From an uncultured candidatus Porisulfidus sp. (GTDB lineage Bacteria; Pseudomonadota; Gammaproteobacteria; Poriferisulfidales; Poriferisulfidaceae), in NCBI GenBank assembly GCA_965214545.1, contig OZ243950.1, positions 132,813 through 196,812 on the forward strand: a stretch of DNA of 64,000 nucleotides, read 5' to 3'. Every line of letters starts with the position of its first letter. The first letter of the stretch is position 1. This document shows, one piece after another, positions 22,466 to 33,141 of this stretch. A model generated the notes under the pieces. The model did not search any database, was not told where the DNA came from, and worked only from the letters and a program-made list of their open reading frames with translations. A program made the position numbers and the translations under genes.

Positions 22466-25400
22466 GTGCGTCGGGAATCGAATCTGCATATCAATCCAGC
22501 AATTCCGTCCACATTTACCATGAACAGACTCGGCGGCTATCTCGGTTTGGCGCTGATAGCGGCCGTAGGTGCGTTGGCCTTGGCCTCGACGGCATTGCGT
22601 GTCGTCTTGTTGACCTTGGATGATGTCCACCCTTATTTGAGCCGGTGGGCCTCCGAATCATTCGAGGTCCAGATGGAGATCGGACAGGCCGCCAGCGAAT
22701 GGCGAGGAGTCTATCCTTCCATCCTGTTGGACGACGTCACGCTGAAATTCGATGACGCGGGGGTCGAGCACCGTTTCGGCCAGGTGGCCTTGAGTCTGGA
22801 CCTGCTCAAGAGCCTGTTCTCCCTGTCTCTGGTTCCGGAGCAAATCTCCGTGAGCGGCGGTGTCATTCGACTGCAACGCCTGGAAGACGGGCAATGGGGG
22901 TTTGCCGGGATGCCGGACGGGCGGTTGGGGGCGGACATGAATCTTCCGGTTGACCGCATCCACCTGCGGCAGGTCGCGACCGTGTTGTTCGATCAAAAGA
23001 GTGGTGAGCGATTGGATCTGGGCGAGGTGGATATGGATATGGCTTTCGGCCTGTGGGGTCTCGAAGTCGTGGCACGGAATCGCACAAAAGAATCGGGCGG
23101 CTTCGGCTTCGAATTGCAGGCGGAGTTCAACGCCATGGATTCGGGGAACGGCATCGTCCGGCTTGAACGCATGCGGTGGGCGCAATTACTGCCCTGGCTT
23201 CCGGACAATGCGCGCCCCCTGGCGGAGCGATTGCCGGCACACGCGGACTTGCGGGCCGAGGCCCAGCTGACCTGGGAGGGCGGCACCCCGCAATTGGCAG
23301 GCGCATGGGTCGAGCTGGAGCAGCCGCGTTCCGGGGATGCGGATTGGCAGAGGGTGGCGGCGGCACTCAAGTGGCGGACCCTGGAAGAGGGCTATGCGGT
23401 CGCGCTGGAACAACTGGAGTTGGAGCAGCACGAGGTTGCGGCGGGGGCGTACATCGAGCACAGCGAACAATTGACCCGCGGCTATCTGACGTCGCTGGAC
23501 ATCAAGCGTGCGAGGCGAATGGCCGGAGTGGCCGGCTACCGGATGGAGGATTTTCTCCCCGGCAGCATCACGTCCGGGACACTCTCCCGGTTGAGTGGAG
23601 AGATCCATTGGGGCGACCCGCTCCGCTATCGTATCGATGCAGGACTGGAGGGGCTCGAACTCTCGATCCCGGAGCAAGGGATCCGGGTGACGGGCATCGA
23701 CGGCACGGTCGGCGGTTCCGAGCAGGGTATCCGCCTTAGTCTGGACGCAAAAGATCCGGTGATTTTCTACGCGCCATGGCATCTGGACGAATTCCGGCCC
23801 GGTCTGGCGAAATTCCAGTTGGACTGGTGGCCGACCGAAGACTGCTGCGCATTCAAACTGACAAACCTCCAGGTGTCGAATCCTGCCCTGCAACTTCGCG
23901 GCGCGCTATCGATGGGAGCTGGTGAACAGCGCATACTCCGGGCGGAGCTTGACATTGAACATGCGGATTTGGCGGCCGTGTCGCAGTGGGTGCCTCCCGG
24001 CCTGCTGCTGGAAGCCGATGACCGGTGGGTACGGTCGGCATTCAAGGCCGGCCGCCTGAGCGATGCGCGCCTGCGCCTGGCCGGGCCGCTGTCGCCCAAC
24101 ATGCTCGCGGCCGTTGATTCGGAACTGACACTAGATGGATATCTGCACGAGGTCGATCTGGACTATGAGCCGGGCTTGCCGATGTTCAAAGGCATTGAGG
24201 GAGGGGTTTTTCTCGACAAGAGCTCGCTGCATCTCATCATTCGGGAGGCCGCACTCAAGGAGTCGGGCATCACTCACGGGGCGCTCTGGATTGGCGACTT
24301 GAGTTTGATGGACATGCATTCGAGCAGCGTCGCGGACGGACCGGTGCGCGATGTGCCGGAATTCCTTGAGCAGATTGAATGGATGCCGCCGATGTTCAAC
24401 CAGGTTCTTGCGTTTGAGGGAAATTCAAAGCTGGAGGTCCAGATGAACCTGCCGTTGGACAATCGCCTGGATCACGAGCCCGTAGTGAAAGGGATCCTGA
24501 AACTTTCCGACAATCGACTGGACATTGCGGCCAATGATGTCCGGCTGGACGCGATCAAGGGGAAACTGGAATACGAGGATGAGGTTTTTAGCGGGTCCCT
24601 GGATGCCAAGTTCGCAGGGCATCCCGCCCGTATCGGGCTGACGACGATTTCGACGGGAGACGTGCAGGTCAAAATACAGGCATCCGCATCGATCACGGAT
24701 TATCTGCCGCAGGAGATTCGGCCGGCGTTTTCCTGGCTCAAGGGACATTCCGCCTGGGATCTCGAACTGCTGCTCCCCGGCGTGACAGAAAAATCCCGCC
24801 GGGAGCATCTGACCGTGCAGGCACGCAGTGACCTTCGCGGAGCCGCGATCGATTTGCCGAAGCCCTTGGGCAAGCCTGCGAACAGTGGGCAACCCATCCA
24901 GGTGGCGGCGGACATTGAATTTGATGGAGAGGGAGACTTCACCGTCAAATATGTGGACCGGGCACGGGCACGGATCAAGGTGCCCTCTTCAGGGGCAGTG
25001 AGCGGAACCGTTGCCCTGGGATCTGAAATGCCGCCGGCGCGTGCCGACGCCAAATTGATCTTGACGGGAATTCTGGCAGAAACCAATGTGCAGGACTGGA
25101 TCGACTGGCGAGAGCGGCGTGCCGGGTCGGGAGAGATCGGGCTGGAAATCGAAGGCCTGAAACTGGGCCTGCTGAAAGTCGGCGGATTTGAGATCCGCGA
25201 TGCGGAAGTAGCCGCGCGGTTCACCGAGGAATTTGACCGGTTCGCCCTGGATGCGCCGATTATGCAAGGGGTGATCGACGTCCCCAAAGAAGAGGGAGGG
25301 CGGACGAGAGGCGCTTTCAACTGGTTGCGTTTTTCCGAGTCACACCTGGAAACCGTGGCGGATGTGGAAAGCACGGACCTCAACCCCGCGAGCATCCCGC

Positions 25401-26221
25401 CCTTGGATCTTGAATTTAAATTGCTGCAGATCGGGCCCTACGAGATGCAGGACGCCACGCTCATGACCTCTCCGGGCGACCGGCGACTCACGATCGACAA
25501 ATTGCAGGCGAAATCTCACCAGTTCGATATGAACTTGAATGGGTATTGGAAGTTGGAGGATGGCCAACATCGGACCCTTCTCCAGGGCCAGGCCCACACG
25601 GACAATTTGCATGAAACTCTGAACCACTGGTCGATCGCAAACCCTTTGCGCAAGGGCGTGTTCGATATGGACGTGGCCTTGCAATGGCCCGGAGCCCCCC
25701 AGGACTACGAGTTCAAGAGCCTCCAGGGAAGTGTGGACATCAAGGGCAAAGACGGGCGGATCCGAAACGTCGCCCCAGAACTGGCCCGCATCTTGGCGCT
25801 GCTAAACCTCGAAATGATTTTCAAACGCCTATCGCTTGATTTCGATGACGTGGTTCGGGGCGGTTTTACCTACGAGACGGCAGAGGGAGAATTCAGTTTT
25901 CTCCAGGGCCACATGAATACCAGCGAATTCCGGATCATCGGCCCGTCGGCGCAGTTCCTGATCATCGGCCGCATCGGGGTGGAGGACGAAGATTATGACC
26001 TGGTGGTGGTGGCTACACCGGAGACCAGTGCCCTGCTGCCGGTAATTGGCGCGGTTGGAGGGCCGCTGGGGGTCGCCGGGGTTTATGTCGGCAACAAGGT
26101 GTTGGAGTGGCTGGGTCTGGGCATCGACGATGCGACCGCCGTCACCTACCGGGTCACCGGGCCCTGGTCGGACCCGGTCATCGAGGAGGTTTCCAAAACC
26201 GAGTCAGACTCGGAAGAGTAG
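22466..26221 (+). CDS. yhdP: YhdP-family (AsmA-like) envelope protein involved in phospholipid transport
   Basis: 1251 aa with a single N-terminal TM anchor (LGGYLGLALIAAVGALALA) and a long beta-rich periplasmic domain. The size and neighbourhood (maf, rne/rng) match E. coli yhdP. The true start may be M19 (MNRLGGY, 22520). Confidence 0.75.
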   Translation: MRRESNLHINPAIPSTFTMNRLGGYLGLALIAAVGALALASTALRVVLLTLDDVHPYLSRWASESFEVQMEIGQAASEWRGVYPSILLDDVTLKFDDAGVEHRFGQVALSLDLLKSLFSLSLVPEQISVSGGVIRLQRLEDGQWGFAGMPDGRLGADMNLPVDRIHLRQVATVLFDQKSGERLDLGEVDMDMAFGLWGLEVVARNRTKESGGFGFELQAEFNAMDSGNGIVRLERMRWAQLLPWLPDNARPLAERLPAHADLRAEAQLTWEGGTPQLAGAWVELEQPRSGDADWQRVAAALKWRTLEEGYAVALEQLELEQHEVAAGAYIEHSEQLTRGYLTSLDIKRARRMAGVAGYRMEDFLPGSITSGTLSRLSGEIHWGDPLRYRIDAGLEGLELSIPEQGIRVTGIDGTVGGSEQGIRLSLDAKDPVIFYAPWHLDEFRPGLAKFQLDWWPTEDCCAFKLTNLQVSNPALQLRGALSMGAGEQRILRAELDIEHADLAAVSQWVPPGLLLEADDRWVRSAFKAGRLSDARLRLAGPLSPNMLAAVDSELTLDGYLHEVDLDYEPGLPMFKGIEGGVFLDKSSLHLIIREAALKESGITHGALWIGDLSLMDMHSSSVADGPVRDVPEFLEQIEWMPPMFNQVLAFEGNSKLEVQMNLPLDNRLDHEPVVKGILKLSDNRLDIAANDVRLDAIKGKLEYEDEVFSGSLDAKFAGHPARIGLTTISTGDVQVKIQASASITDYLPQEIRPAFSWLKGHSAWDLELLLPGVTEKSRREHLTVQARSDLRGAAIDLPKPLGKPANSGQPIQVAADIEFDGEGDFTVKYVDRARARIKVPSSGAVSGTVALGSEMPPARADAKLILTGILAETNVQDWIDWRERRAGSGEIGLEIEGLKLGLLKVGGFEIRDAEVAARFTEEFDRFALDAPIMQGVIDVPKEEGGRTRGAFNWLRFSESHLETVADVESTDLNPASIPPLDLEFKLLQIGPYEMQDATLMTSPGDRRLTIDKLQAKSHQFDMNLNGYWKLEDGQHRTLLQGQAHTDNLHETLNHWSIANPLRKGVFDMDVALQWPGAPQDYEFKSLQGSVDIKGKDGRIRNVAPELARILALLNLEMIFKRLSLDFDDVVRGGFTYETAEGEFSFLQGHMNTSEFRIIGPSAQFLIIGRIGVEDEDYDLVVVATPETSALLPVIGAVGGPLGVAGVYVGNKVLEWLGLGIDDATAVTYRVTGPWSDPVIEEVSKTESDSEE

Positions 26222-26226
26222 ACCGG

Positions 26227-28260
26227 TCATTCTCCAGCCGGAGGCGTCCCTGCAGAGGGGGAGGAGGGCGCTTTGGGGGCGGATGAGGGAGAGGCCGCAG
26301 GCTTGGATTCTGCTTGGGGCGACGCACTGCCGTTGGATGGGGAACCGGCAGATTCGCCACCGCCGGGACGTCTGCGGTTGCGTCCGCCTCTTCGGCCGCG
26401 TCGGCGCCGGCGGGGTTGGCCATCGCCCTGCTTGGGATTGTCGCTGCTGGCCTGCTGCTCTCGCGGGGCCTGCTGTCCACTGCCACCACGGCGTCGCCGG
26501 GGGCGCCGTCTCCGACGGTCCGATTCGGAACCCTCGGACCTTTCCGAGGGAGACGATTCCGGTTTGCTTTCGACGGGGGTCGGGGCGCTGGCTCTCGAGA
26601 ATAGATTCAGGAACCGGCGAAGGCTTCGAGGCAAGCCTTTGTCCTTCGGGGAGTCGGTGATATGTTCCGCCACGTCGATAACCGGGCGTTCCCGGTTTTT
26701 GCGTTGCTGGCTTGGGGCGGGCCTGGAAGCCCGGCGTCTTTCTGGTTCTGCCGGTTTGTGGGCCACCGAAGTTTGGTAGTCGAAGTGGCGCGATGCCTCC
26801 GGATCTCCTTCCCGATAGCGGTGGACGTGGTAATGCGGAGTCTCCAGACCTGGGGTGGGCAACAGACGGACAAGGGGGCCGTGCCGTTGGGTAATTTGTT
26901 CGATGGTGGCCCGTTTCTCGTTGAGAAGGTAGGCCGTGACGTCTATGGGGAGTTCCGTCACCACGACCCCCGTACTCTCTTTCATGGCCTCTTCTTCAAT
27001 CAGGCGAAGGATAGCGAGTGACAGGGACTGGATGGTCCGGATCGTGCCGTGGCCGTCGCAGCGGGGGCAGGTAATCTGGGTGAATTCTCCGAGGGCCGGG
27101 CGCAATCGCTGCCGGGACAGTTCCAAAAGCCCGAAGCGGGAAATGCGGCCGATCTGGATCCGCGCCCGGTCGAGCCGGGTGCGCTCGCGGAATTCGTTCT
27201 CGACTTTTTTCTGGTTGGAAGTGCTGACCATGTCGATGAAATCGATCACGATCAGGCCGCCGATGTCGCGCAGCCGCAGTTGGCGTGCGATTTCCCGGGC
27301 GGCTTCCAGGTTCGTGTTCAGGGCCGTGGTTTCAATGTCCCCGCTTTTGGTGGCCCGTGCCGAATTGATGTCGATGGAAACCAGTGCCTCGGTATGGTCG
27401 ATGGCAATCGTCCCGCCGGACGGCAGGTTGATCATCCGGTCGTGCGCGAACTCGATCTGGCTCTCAATCTGGTAATGGCTGAACAGGGGGACGGTTTCCT
27501 GATACAGCTTGATGTTCTCACGGTATTGCGGCGCCATCCGTTCGACAAACTTGCAGGCTTCCTGGTACGTTTCTTCGTCATCGATCAAAACTTCGCCAAT
27601 ATCGTCGCGGAGGTTGTCCCGCAGTGCACGGACCATGGCATCGTTGTCGCTGTAGATGAGGAAGGGCGCAGACTTTTTGGCCGCTTCCTGGATGGCCTTC
27701 CAAAGCCGGACCTGGTTGTCGAGATCCCACTGCAACTCCTCGACGCTGTGGCCGATGCCGGCGGTTCGGATGATGACCCCGCCTTCCTCGACCGGCGTCA
27801 GCTGGGAGACCAGCTTCTGGAGCTCGTCGCGGTCTTCGCCTTCGATTTGTCTGGAGATTCCGCTGGCGCGCGAGTTGTTCGGCGTCAGCACCAGGAAGCG
27901 GCCAGGCAGGCTGGGGTACGTGGTCAGCGCGGCCCCCTTGTTGCCCCGTTCATCCTGGGAGACCTGGACAATCAACTCCTGGCCGTTGTTGACGGCTTCG
28001 CGGATCGAAGTCGCACTTCGGCTCTTGAAGTAATTCGGGGAAATTTCCCGAAACGGGAGAAATCCATGGCGCGGCGCGCCATAATCCACAAATGCCGCTT
28101 CAAGACTGGGCTCGATGCGAACGATTTTGGCTTTGTAGATATTTGATTTCTTTTGCTTGTTCCCGGTCAGTTCAATGTCGAGGTCGAACAGCTCTTGGCC
28201 ATCGACCATCGCCACGCGCAGTTCTTCCTGCTGCGTGGCATTTACAAGAATTCGTTTCAT
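26227..28260 (-). CDS. rne: Ribonuclease E (short form, 677 aa)
   Basis: The N-terminal 500 aa are collinear with the E. coli RNase E catalytic domain ([30 protein letters not shown]..., [13 protein letters not shown], the zinc-link [11 protein letters not shown]). This is followed by an [11 protein letters not shown] segment like the membrane-targeting segment A and an Arg-rich ([29 protein letters not shown]) tail. No long scaffold region is present. Confidence 0.85.
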   Translation of the reverse strand: MKRILVNATQQEELRVAMVDGQELFDLDIELTGNKQKKSNIYKAKIVRIEPSLEAAFVDYGAPRHGFLPFREISPNYFKSRSATSIREAVNNGQELIVQVSQDERGNKGAALTTYPSLPGRFLVLTPNNSRASGISRQIEGEDRDELQKLVSQLTPVEEGGVIIRTAGIGHSVEELQWDLDNQVRLWKAIQEAAKKSAPFLIYSDNDAMVRALRDNLRDDIGEVLIDDEETYQEACKFVERMAPQYRENIKLYQETVPLFSHYQIESQIEFAHDRMINLPSGGTIAIDHTEALVSIDINSARATKSGDIETTALNTNLEAAREIARQLRLRDIGGLIVIDFIDMVSTSNQKKVENEFRERTRLDRARIQIGRISRFGLLELSRQRLRPALGEFTQITCPRCDGHGTIRTIQSLSLAILRLIEEEAMKESTGVVVTELPIDVTAYLLNEKRATIEQITQRHGPLVRLLPTPGLETPHYHVHRYREGDPEASRHFDYQTSVAHKPAEPERRRASRPAPSQQRKNRERPVIDVAEHITDSPKDKGLPRSLRRFLNLFSRASAPTPVESKPESSPSERSEGSESDRRRRRPRRRRGGSGQQAPREQQASSDNPKQGDGQPRRRRRGRRGGRNRRRPGGGESAGSPSNGSASPQAESKPAASPSSAPKAPSSPSAGTPPAGE

Positions 28261-28755
28261 GATGATCCTTCAACGGTTGCAGAACACCCGCCGTGCAGTC
28301 GAGAGCATCGGGCCATGCGGCGCGCGCATCAAGATGTGATTCGCAGTGACTTGGATTCATATCTCTTGTTCGCGTAGTGCGCTCATACAGGGTGGGCGGC
28401 AAAAAGTCTTTCGGTTGGATCCGGCTCGCGGTAACAATCTGTAGCAATCACGAAGACTTCTTACTGTGACTCATTCCAGAGGCCTGAATTCCCGGCGCAG
28501 ATGCGCCTCGACTCGTAGCCTCACTGCTCACAGTATACATCAGATGGCTTGCGGGCCGCTTCGAACGTCTGGAGTAAACGTTCAATAAGGGCGGCTTGTT
28601 TCCCTTGCAAGCTGTTGAAAAACCACTCCCTGCCGGCTCAGTAAAACAACGCCCCGAGGGCTTGGTGGGACATCCAGTGCGGCATGACTCCGGGCGATTC
28701 GCGGATTCCAACGCGGCCATACGATAAAATGGGGGGACGATTCCAAGGCTTTTTC
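28261..28755 (-). promoter_or_regulatory. Long untranslated leader/promoter region of rne, shared with the divergent ykgJ-like gene
   Basis: 495 nt without a credible ORF upstream of rne. In enterobacteria rne carries a long structured autoregulatory 5' UTR (established knowledge). A structural match cannot be verified by eye. Confidence 0.4.
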
Positions 28756-29652
28756 ATGAGTTCTCTCTCGCAGTCTGCCACGCCGGCTCAGGCGTCTCCC
28801 ATCCAGCCGATGGAGTTGAGCCTTGGCAGCGCGTTCCAGTTCCGTTGCCACAAAGAGATCGCTTGTTTCAATGCCTGCTGCCGCAACATTGACTTGCAAC
28901 TGACTCCGTATGACATCCTGCAATTGAAAAACCGCTTGGGCCTGACTTCCAGCGAATTCGTCGCACGCTACACCGTGCCGTTCGAGATGGATGCCCACGG
29001 CATGCCCGGGCTGAAAATGGCGACCAAGCCGGGCAGCTCGGAATGCGTCCACCTGACCGAGGAAGGATGCGGCGTCTATGAGGACCGTCCCGCCGCCTGC
29101 CGCTATTACGCCTTAGGCAATGTCGCGGTGCGAAAAAAGGATGCCCGGGAAATTGACGATGTCTATTTCGTTGTCCGCGAAGCCCACTGCCTGGGGCATG
29201 AGGAGCCGCACGAGCAGACGGTCGCGGAATATCGGACCGGGCAGGGCCTGGACAAGTATGACGCGATGAATGCTCACTGGCGCCGGCTGATTATCAAAAA
29301 ACGTTCCGCAGGCCCGACGGTGGGTGCGCCATCGGAACGAAGCCTGCAGTTGTTCGACCTGTGCAGTTATGACTTGGACGGCTTCCGCGCCTTCATGCAG
29401 AACTCGAAATTCAAAGACATCGTGGACCTGCCGTCGGAACAGGAACGAGAATTGATGGGCAATGAGGAACGCCTGCTCGAATTTTCCATGAACTTCCTGG
29501 AGCAGGTGCTGTTCGGGACCGGTTCGGTGACGGTCAGGCCCGGTGCCCGGGAGAAGCGGGTCCGGGAACGCCAGGGCATTTGGGCCCAGCGTCGTCAGCA
29601 GCAGGTCGCGAAACACAAGGAAGACCTGCAGAAGCAGCAATATGGAGAGTAA
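28756..29652 (+). CDS. YkgJ-family (UPF0153) Cys-cluster Fe-S/zinc-binding protein
   Basis: CHKEIACFNACCRNIDLQLTPYDILQL is a CxxCxxCC-type motif of PF03692. There is also a second Cys cluster (HLTEEGCGVYEDRPAACRYYA). The start is assigned to the ATG at 28756; ATGs at 28684 and 28729 are alternatives. Confidence 0.6.
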   Translation: MSSLSQSATPAQASPIQPMELSLGSAFQFRCHKEIACFNACCRNIDLQLTPYDILQLKNRLGLTSSEFVARYTVPFEMDAHGMPGLKMATKPGSSECVHLTEEGCGVYEDRPAACRYYALGNVAVRKKDAREIDDVYFVVREAHCLGHEEPHEQTVAEYRTGQGLDKYDAMNAHWRRLIIKKRSAGPTVGAPSERSLQLFDLCSYDLDGFRAFMQNSKFKDIVDLPSEQERELMGNEERLLEFSMNFLEQVLFGTGSVTVRPGAREKRVRERQGIWAQRRQQQVAKHKEDLQKQQYGE

Positions 29653-29680
29653 CCCTCAGACCGGGTCCCGATTCCAGGGG

Positions 29681-30214
29681 ATGGTGTCGGATGCCTCTTG
29701 CCGCAAAGTCCGCATTGGCATCCTGTCGGATACGCACGGCTGGATTGATCCGGACATCCAGAGCGTCCTGGCCGGTGCCGACTGCATCGTGCACGCAGGC
29801 GACATCATGGGGGCGCCGGTATTGCAGACCCTTGAGGGCCTGGCCCGGCAAAAGCGGGTCTTGGCGGTGGCGGGAAACAACGACATCGGGGGCAAGGATT
29901 CCAATGGCGACGCTTTGCCGACCGTGGCCGAGGTCCAACTCCCCGGAGGGCAGCTGGTCGTGACGCACGGGGACCAGTTCGGCGCGATGCCGGGCCACGA
30001 GAGATTACGGGAAACCTGGCCGGACGCTCGGGCCATTGTCTACGGACATACGCACCGGCTGGTCTGCGACCGGGACGCGCGCCCCTGGGTGCTGAATCCG
30101 GGTGCGGCCGGGCGCATCCGGGTCCATGACGGGCCGTCCTGCCTAGTGCTAACGATTGACAAGGAAGCCTGGACGGTGGACACGCACCAGTTCAAACCCT
30201 CCGGTGGAGTCTGA
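29681..30214 (+). CDS. YfcE-like metallophosphoesterase (calcineurin-like)
   Basis: Metal-binding motifs GILSDTHG, HAGDI, AGNND, THGD and GHTH are present. The start at MVSDASC (29681) avoids overlap with the upstream gene. The ATG at 29642 is the alternative. Confidence 0.75.
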   Translation: MVSDASCRKVRIGILSDTHGWIDPDIQSVLAGADCIVHAGDIMGAPVLQTLEGLARQKRVLAVAGNNDIGGKDSNGDALPTVAEVQLPGGQLVVTHGDQFGAMPGHERLRETWPDARAIVYGHTHRLVCDRDARPWVLNPGAAGRIRVHDGPSCLVLTIDKEAWTVDTHQFKPSGGV

Positions 30215-30216
30215 CT

Positions 30217-31335
30217 ATGTCTGTCGCGAGGAATTGGGCACTGAAGATATTGGCAACCGCCGACATCAAGGAGAATGGCTCCCGGCCTTGGGACATCCAG
30301 GTCCACAATCCCCGGCTGTACTGGCGAATTCTGACGCAAGGCTCGCTGGGCCTGGGTGAATCCTACATGGAAGGCTGGTGGGATTGCGATGCATTGGACG
30401 AGTTTTTTGCCCGGGTGCTCAGCTCCGGCCTGGATCAACAGATCACCGGGCTCAACAAGATCATCACCCTCGGGCTCTCGTGGTTCCTGAACATGCAGAG
30501 CCGCGCCCGGTCCAAGCAGGTGGCCCGGCAGCATTACGATGTGGGGAACGACCTTTACAGCAAGATGCTGGACCCCATGATGTTGTATTCCTGTGGCTAC
30601 TGGCGCCAGGCCGAAACCCTGGAGGAGGCCCAGGAGGCGAAACTGGATCTGGTCGCCCGCAAGCTGGGGCTGAAGCCCAATGCCCGGATTCTGGATATCG
30701 GCTGTGGATGGGGCGGAGCGTGCCGGTATTTTGCTGAACGCTATGGCGTGCAGGTGACCGGGACGACCCTGTCGGGAGAGCAGGCCCGCCTGGCCCGCGA
30801 GCATTGTGAGGGTTATGCCGTGCGGATTCTCCAGCAGGACTACCGGGACCTGCCGTCAAGCGAGCGATTCGATGCCATCTATTCGATCGGGATGTTCGAG
30901 CATGTCGGCTACAAGAATTACCGGACGTTCATGCGCAAGGTGCATGAGCTGCTACCGTCCGGAGGCCGCTTCCTCCTGCACACCATTGGCCGCAACACGA
31001 CGGAGATTGCCACCGACCCCTGGATGAACCGGTATATCTTCCCGCACGGCATGGTGCCCTCGATCCGGCAAATCGGGCAATCCATCGAGAACCTGTTCGT
31101 CATGGAGGACTGGCATGCGTTCGGCCGGGATTATGACCGCACCCTGATGGTGTGGCGGACCAACTTCGAGTCCGCGTGGGATTTCCTGCGCGAACGCTAC
31201 GATGAACGGTTTTTCCGCATGTGGCGATATTATTTGAGTTGTTGCGCCGGCTCTTTCCGGGCCCGCCACAACCAGTTGTGGCAGGTCCTGCTGGTGAAGG
31301 ACGGCTTGAAAATCGACTTGCCGGTGTGCCGTTAG
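30217..31335 (+). CDS. cfa: Cyclopropane-fatty-acyl-phospholipid synthase
   Basis: 372 aa with the SAM-binding motif ILDIGCGWGG and the conserved YYLSCC.G.F C-terminal block of CFA synthases. Confidence 0.9.
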   Translation: MSVARNWALKILATADIKENGSRPWDIQVHNPRLYWRILTQGSLGLGESYMEGWWDCDALDEFFARVLSSGLDQQITGLNKIITLGLSWFLNMQSRARSKQVARQHYDVGNDLYSKMLDPMMLYSCGYWRQAETLEEAQEAKLDLVARKLGLKPNARILDIGCGWGGACRYFAERYGVQVTGTTLSGEQARLAREHCEGYAVRILQQDYRDLPSSERFDAIYSIGMFEHVGYKNYRTFMRKVHELLPSGGRFLLHTIGRNTTEIATDPWMNRYIFPHGMVPSIRQIGQSIENLFVMEDWHAFGRDYDRTLMVWRTNFESAWDFLRERYDERFFRMWRYYLSCCAGSFRARHNQLWQVLLVKDGLKIDLPVCR

Positions 31336-31399
31336 GAAGCGGAGACTTCTGACACCTCTGCGGTGTTTGGGGCGTGACCCGCGGGCCGAACCCGCCAGG

Positions 31400-31501
31400 C
31401 TAGCAGAGCACGATGCTGACCACCAACGCGAGTCCTGCACCGCAGAGACCGGCGGCCATCATCATGAAAACGATATCGGTTCGGTTAATTTCTATCTTCA
31501 T
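31400..31501 (-). CDS. Possible 33-aa hydrophobic micropeptide downstream of lipA
   Basis: MKIEINRTDIVFMMMAAGLCGAGLALVVSIVLC, read by eye; below the ORF-track cutoff. It has one predicted TM helix and no recognisable family, and is followed by a GCGGG-TTCGG-CCCGC hairpin. Confidence 0.2.
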   Translation of the reverse strand: MKIEINRTDIVFMMMAAGLCGAGLALVVSIVLC

Positions 31502-31555
31502 CGCAGTTCTTCCCTGTTTGCCAGATTATAGTCGAGTCCCTCGCTTCCGCAGCCA

Positions 31556-32515
31556 TCAGGCCGTCTTTGTTTCTTGCCCAAGGATTCCCGCGGCCTGCCG
31601 GTCCGCGTGGTAGGAGGAGCGCACCAGGGGGCCGCTGGCCACTTCCAGGAACCCCAGTCGCCGGGCCTCGCCGCCGAGCGCGTCGAACTCCTCCGGCGGC
31701 ACGTAGCGGCGGACTGGGAGGTGGTGCCGGGTCGGTTGCAGGTACTGCCCCAGAGTCAGCATCCGGCAGCCGTGATCCAGCAGGTCTTGCATGACGGCGC
31801 GGAGCTGTTGCGGCGTTTCGCCCAGACCCAGCATCAGGCCTGACTTGGTCGGGGTGCCCGGATGGGCGCGACCAAATCGCTGCAGCAGTTTCAGGGAGTG
31901 AAGGTAGTCGGCTCCCGGGCGTGCCGCGCGGTACAGTTGCGGGACGGTTTCGAGGTTATGGTTGAACACGTCCGGGGGGTCGGTCTCCAATTCCGCCAGC
32001 GCGCGGTCGAGCCGGCCGCGGAAGTCGGGAACCAGGATTTCCACGCGGATCCCCGGATTGCGCGCGCGCACGGACCGGATGCATTCTGCGAAATGCCGGG
32101 CCCCGCCGTCGTGCAGGTCGTCCCGGTCTACCGAGGTGATCACCACGTAGCGCAAGCCCAGCCCTGAAATAGCATCCGCCAGGCGCTTCGGCTCGTCGGC
32201 ATCCACCGGCAGTGGCCGTCCGTGCGCCACGTCGCAGAAGGGGCAGCGGCGCGTGCACAGGTCGCCGAGGATCATGAACGTGGCGGTGCCGTGGCCGAAG
32301 CATTCCGGCAGGTTCGGACAGGCCGCTTCCTCGCAGACCGTATGCAGGGCCTGCCGGCGCAGGCGTTCGCGCATCTGCCGGACCTGGGGGGCATGCCGGA
32401 GGCGGATGCGCAGCCAGGGCGGTTTGCGCAGGGCCGGACCCTCAGGGGAGGGCGTGATCGGGATGCGCGAGAGCTTCTGCTCCGCCGTGTGCTTGATGCC
32501 GGGCGGGAGGCTCAT
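31556..32515 (-). CDS. lipA: Lipoyl synthase
   Basis: The start [19 protein letters not shown] matches the E. coli LipA N-terminus. [13 protein letters not shown] and the radical-SAM CTRRCPFC cluster are present. The ORF-track start at 32602 is an extension into lipB. Confidence 0.93.
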   Translation of the reverse strand: MSLPPGIKHTAEQKLSRIPITPSPEGPALRKPPWLRIRLRHAPQVRQMRERLRRQALHTVCEEAACPNLPECFGHGTATFMILGDLCTRRCPFCDVAHGRPLPVDADEPKRLADAISGLGLRYVVITSVDRDDLHDGGARHFAECIRSVRARNPGIRVEILVPDFRGRLDRALAELETDPPDVFNHNLETVPQLYRAARPGADYLHSLKLLQRFGRAHPGTPTKSGLMLGLGETPQQLRAVMQDLLDHGCRMLTLGQYLQPTRHHLPVRRYVPPEEFDALGGEARRLGFLEVASGPLVRSSYHADRQAAGILGQETKTA

Positions 32516-33141
32516 GTGCCGGTCTCGCCGGGGTACAGGGCGCGCAGCAGATGCGGCAGGAATTTCCGGGCGGTTTCGTCGACGTTCCAGCTCACCCCGC
32601 ATTCCCGCAAGCTCGTGGCCTCGAGTTCCGGGTGGCCGCAGATGTCGATGTGGCGGAACAGGCCCAGGTCCGGATGGACATTCAGTGCGAGCCCATGGGA
32701 ACTTCGGGCCCGGCTGACCCGCAGGCCGACCGACATGATCTTCTTGCCTCCCACATACACCCCGGGCATGCCGTTTTCCCGGCGGGCGGGCGTCCGGGCT
32801 TCCTGCAGCAGGGCCAACACCGCATGTTCCAGGCGCTCGATCAGTGCGCGAACCCCCAGGCGCATCCGGTGCAGGTCCAGCAGGGTATAGACGACCAGCT
32901 GGCCGGGCATATGGCAGGTCACCTGGCCGCCGCGGCTGCTGCGGACGACCGGCAGCGGGCCCGGGGAATGGATGTGGGAGGGGTCGGCGCCCACCCCGAG
33001 AGTCAGGACGCCCGGGTGCTGCAACATCCAGATCTCGTCGGCGCTGTTCTCGTTCCTGCGTTCGGTCTGCCGGCGCATGGCTTCGGCGCAGGGTTCGTAG
33101 TCGTACAACTCCCAGTGCCGGATTCGGGGTGCGGGAATCAC
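32512..33141 (-). CDS. lipB: Octanoyltransferase LipB
   Basis: 209 aa starting [23 protein letters not shown]. Contains the [23 protein letters not shown]...[12 protein letters not shown] blocks, including the catalytic Lys and Cys. Confidence 0.92.
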   Translation of the reverse strand: MIPAPRIRHWELYDYEPCAEAMRRQTERRNENSADEIWMLQHPGVLTLGVGADPSHIHSPGPLPVVRSSRGGQVTCHMPGQLVVYTLLDLHRMRLGVRALIERLEHAVLALLQEARTPARRENGMPGVYVGGKKIMSVGLRVSRARSSHGLALNVHPDLGLFRHIDICGHPELEATSLRECGVSWNVDETARKFLPHLLRALYPGETGT

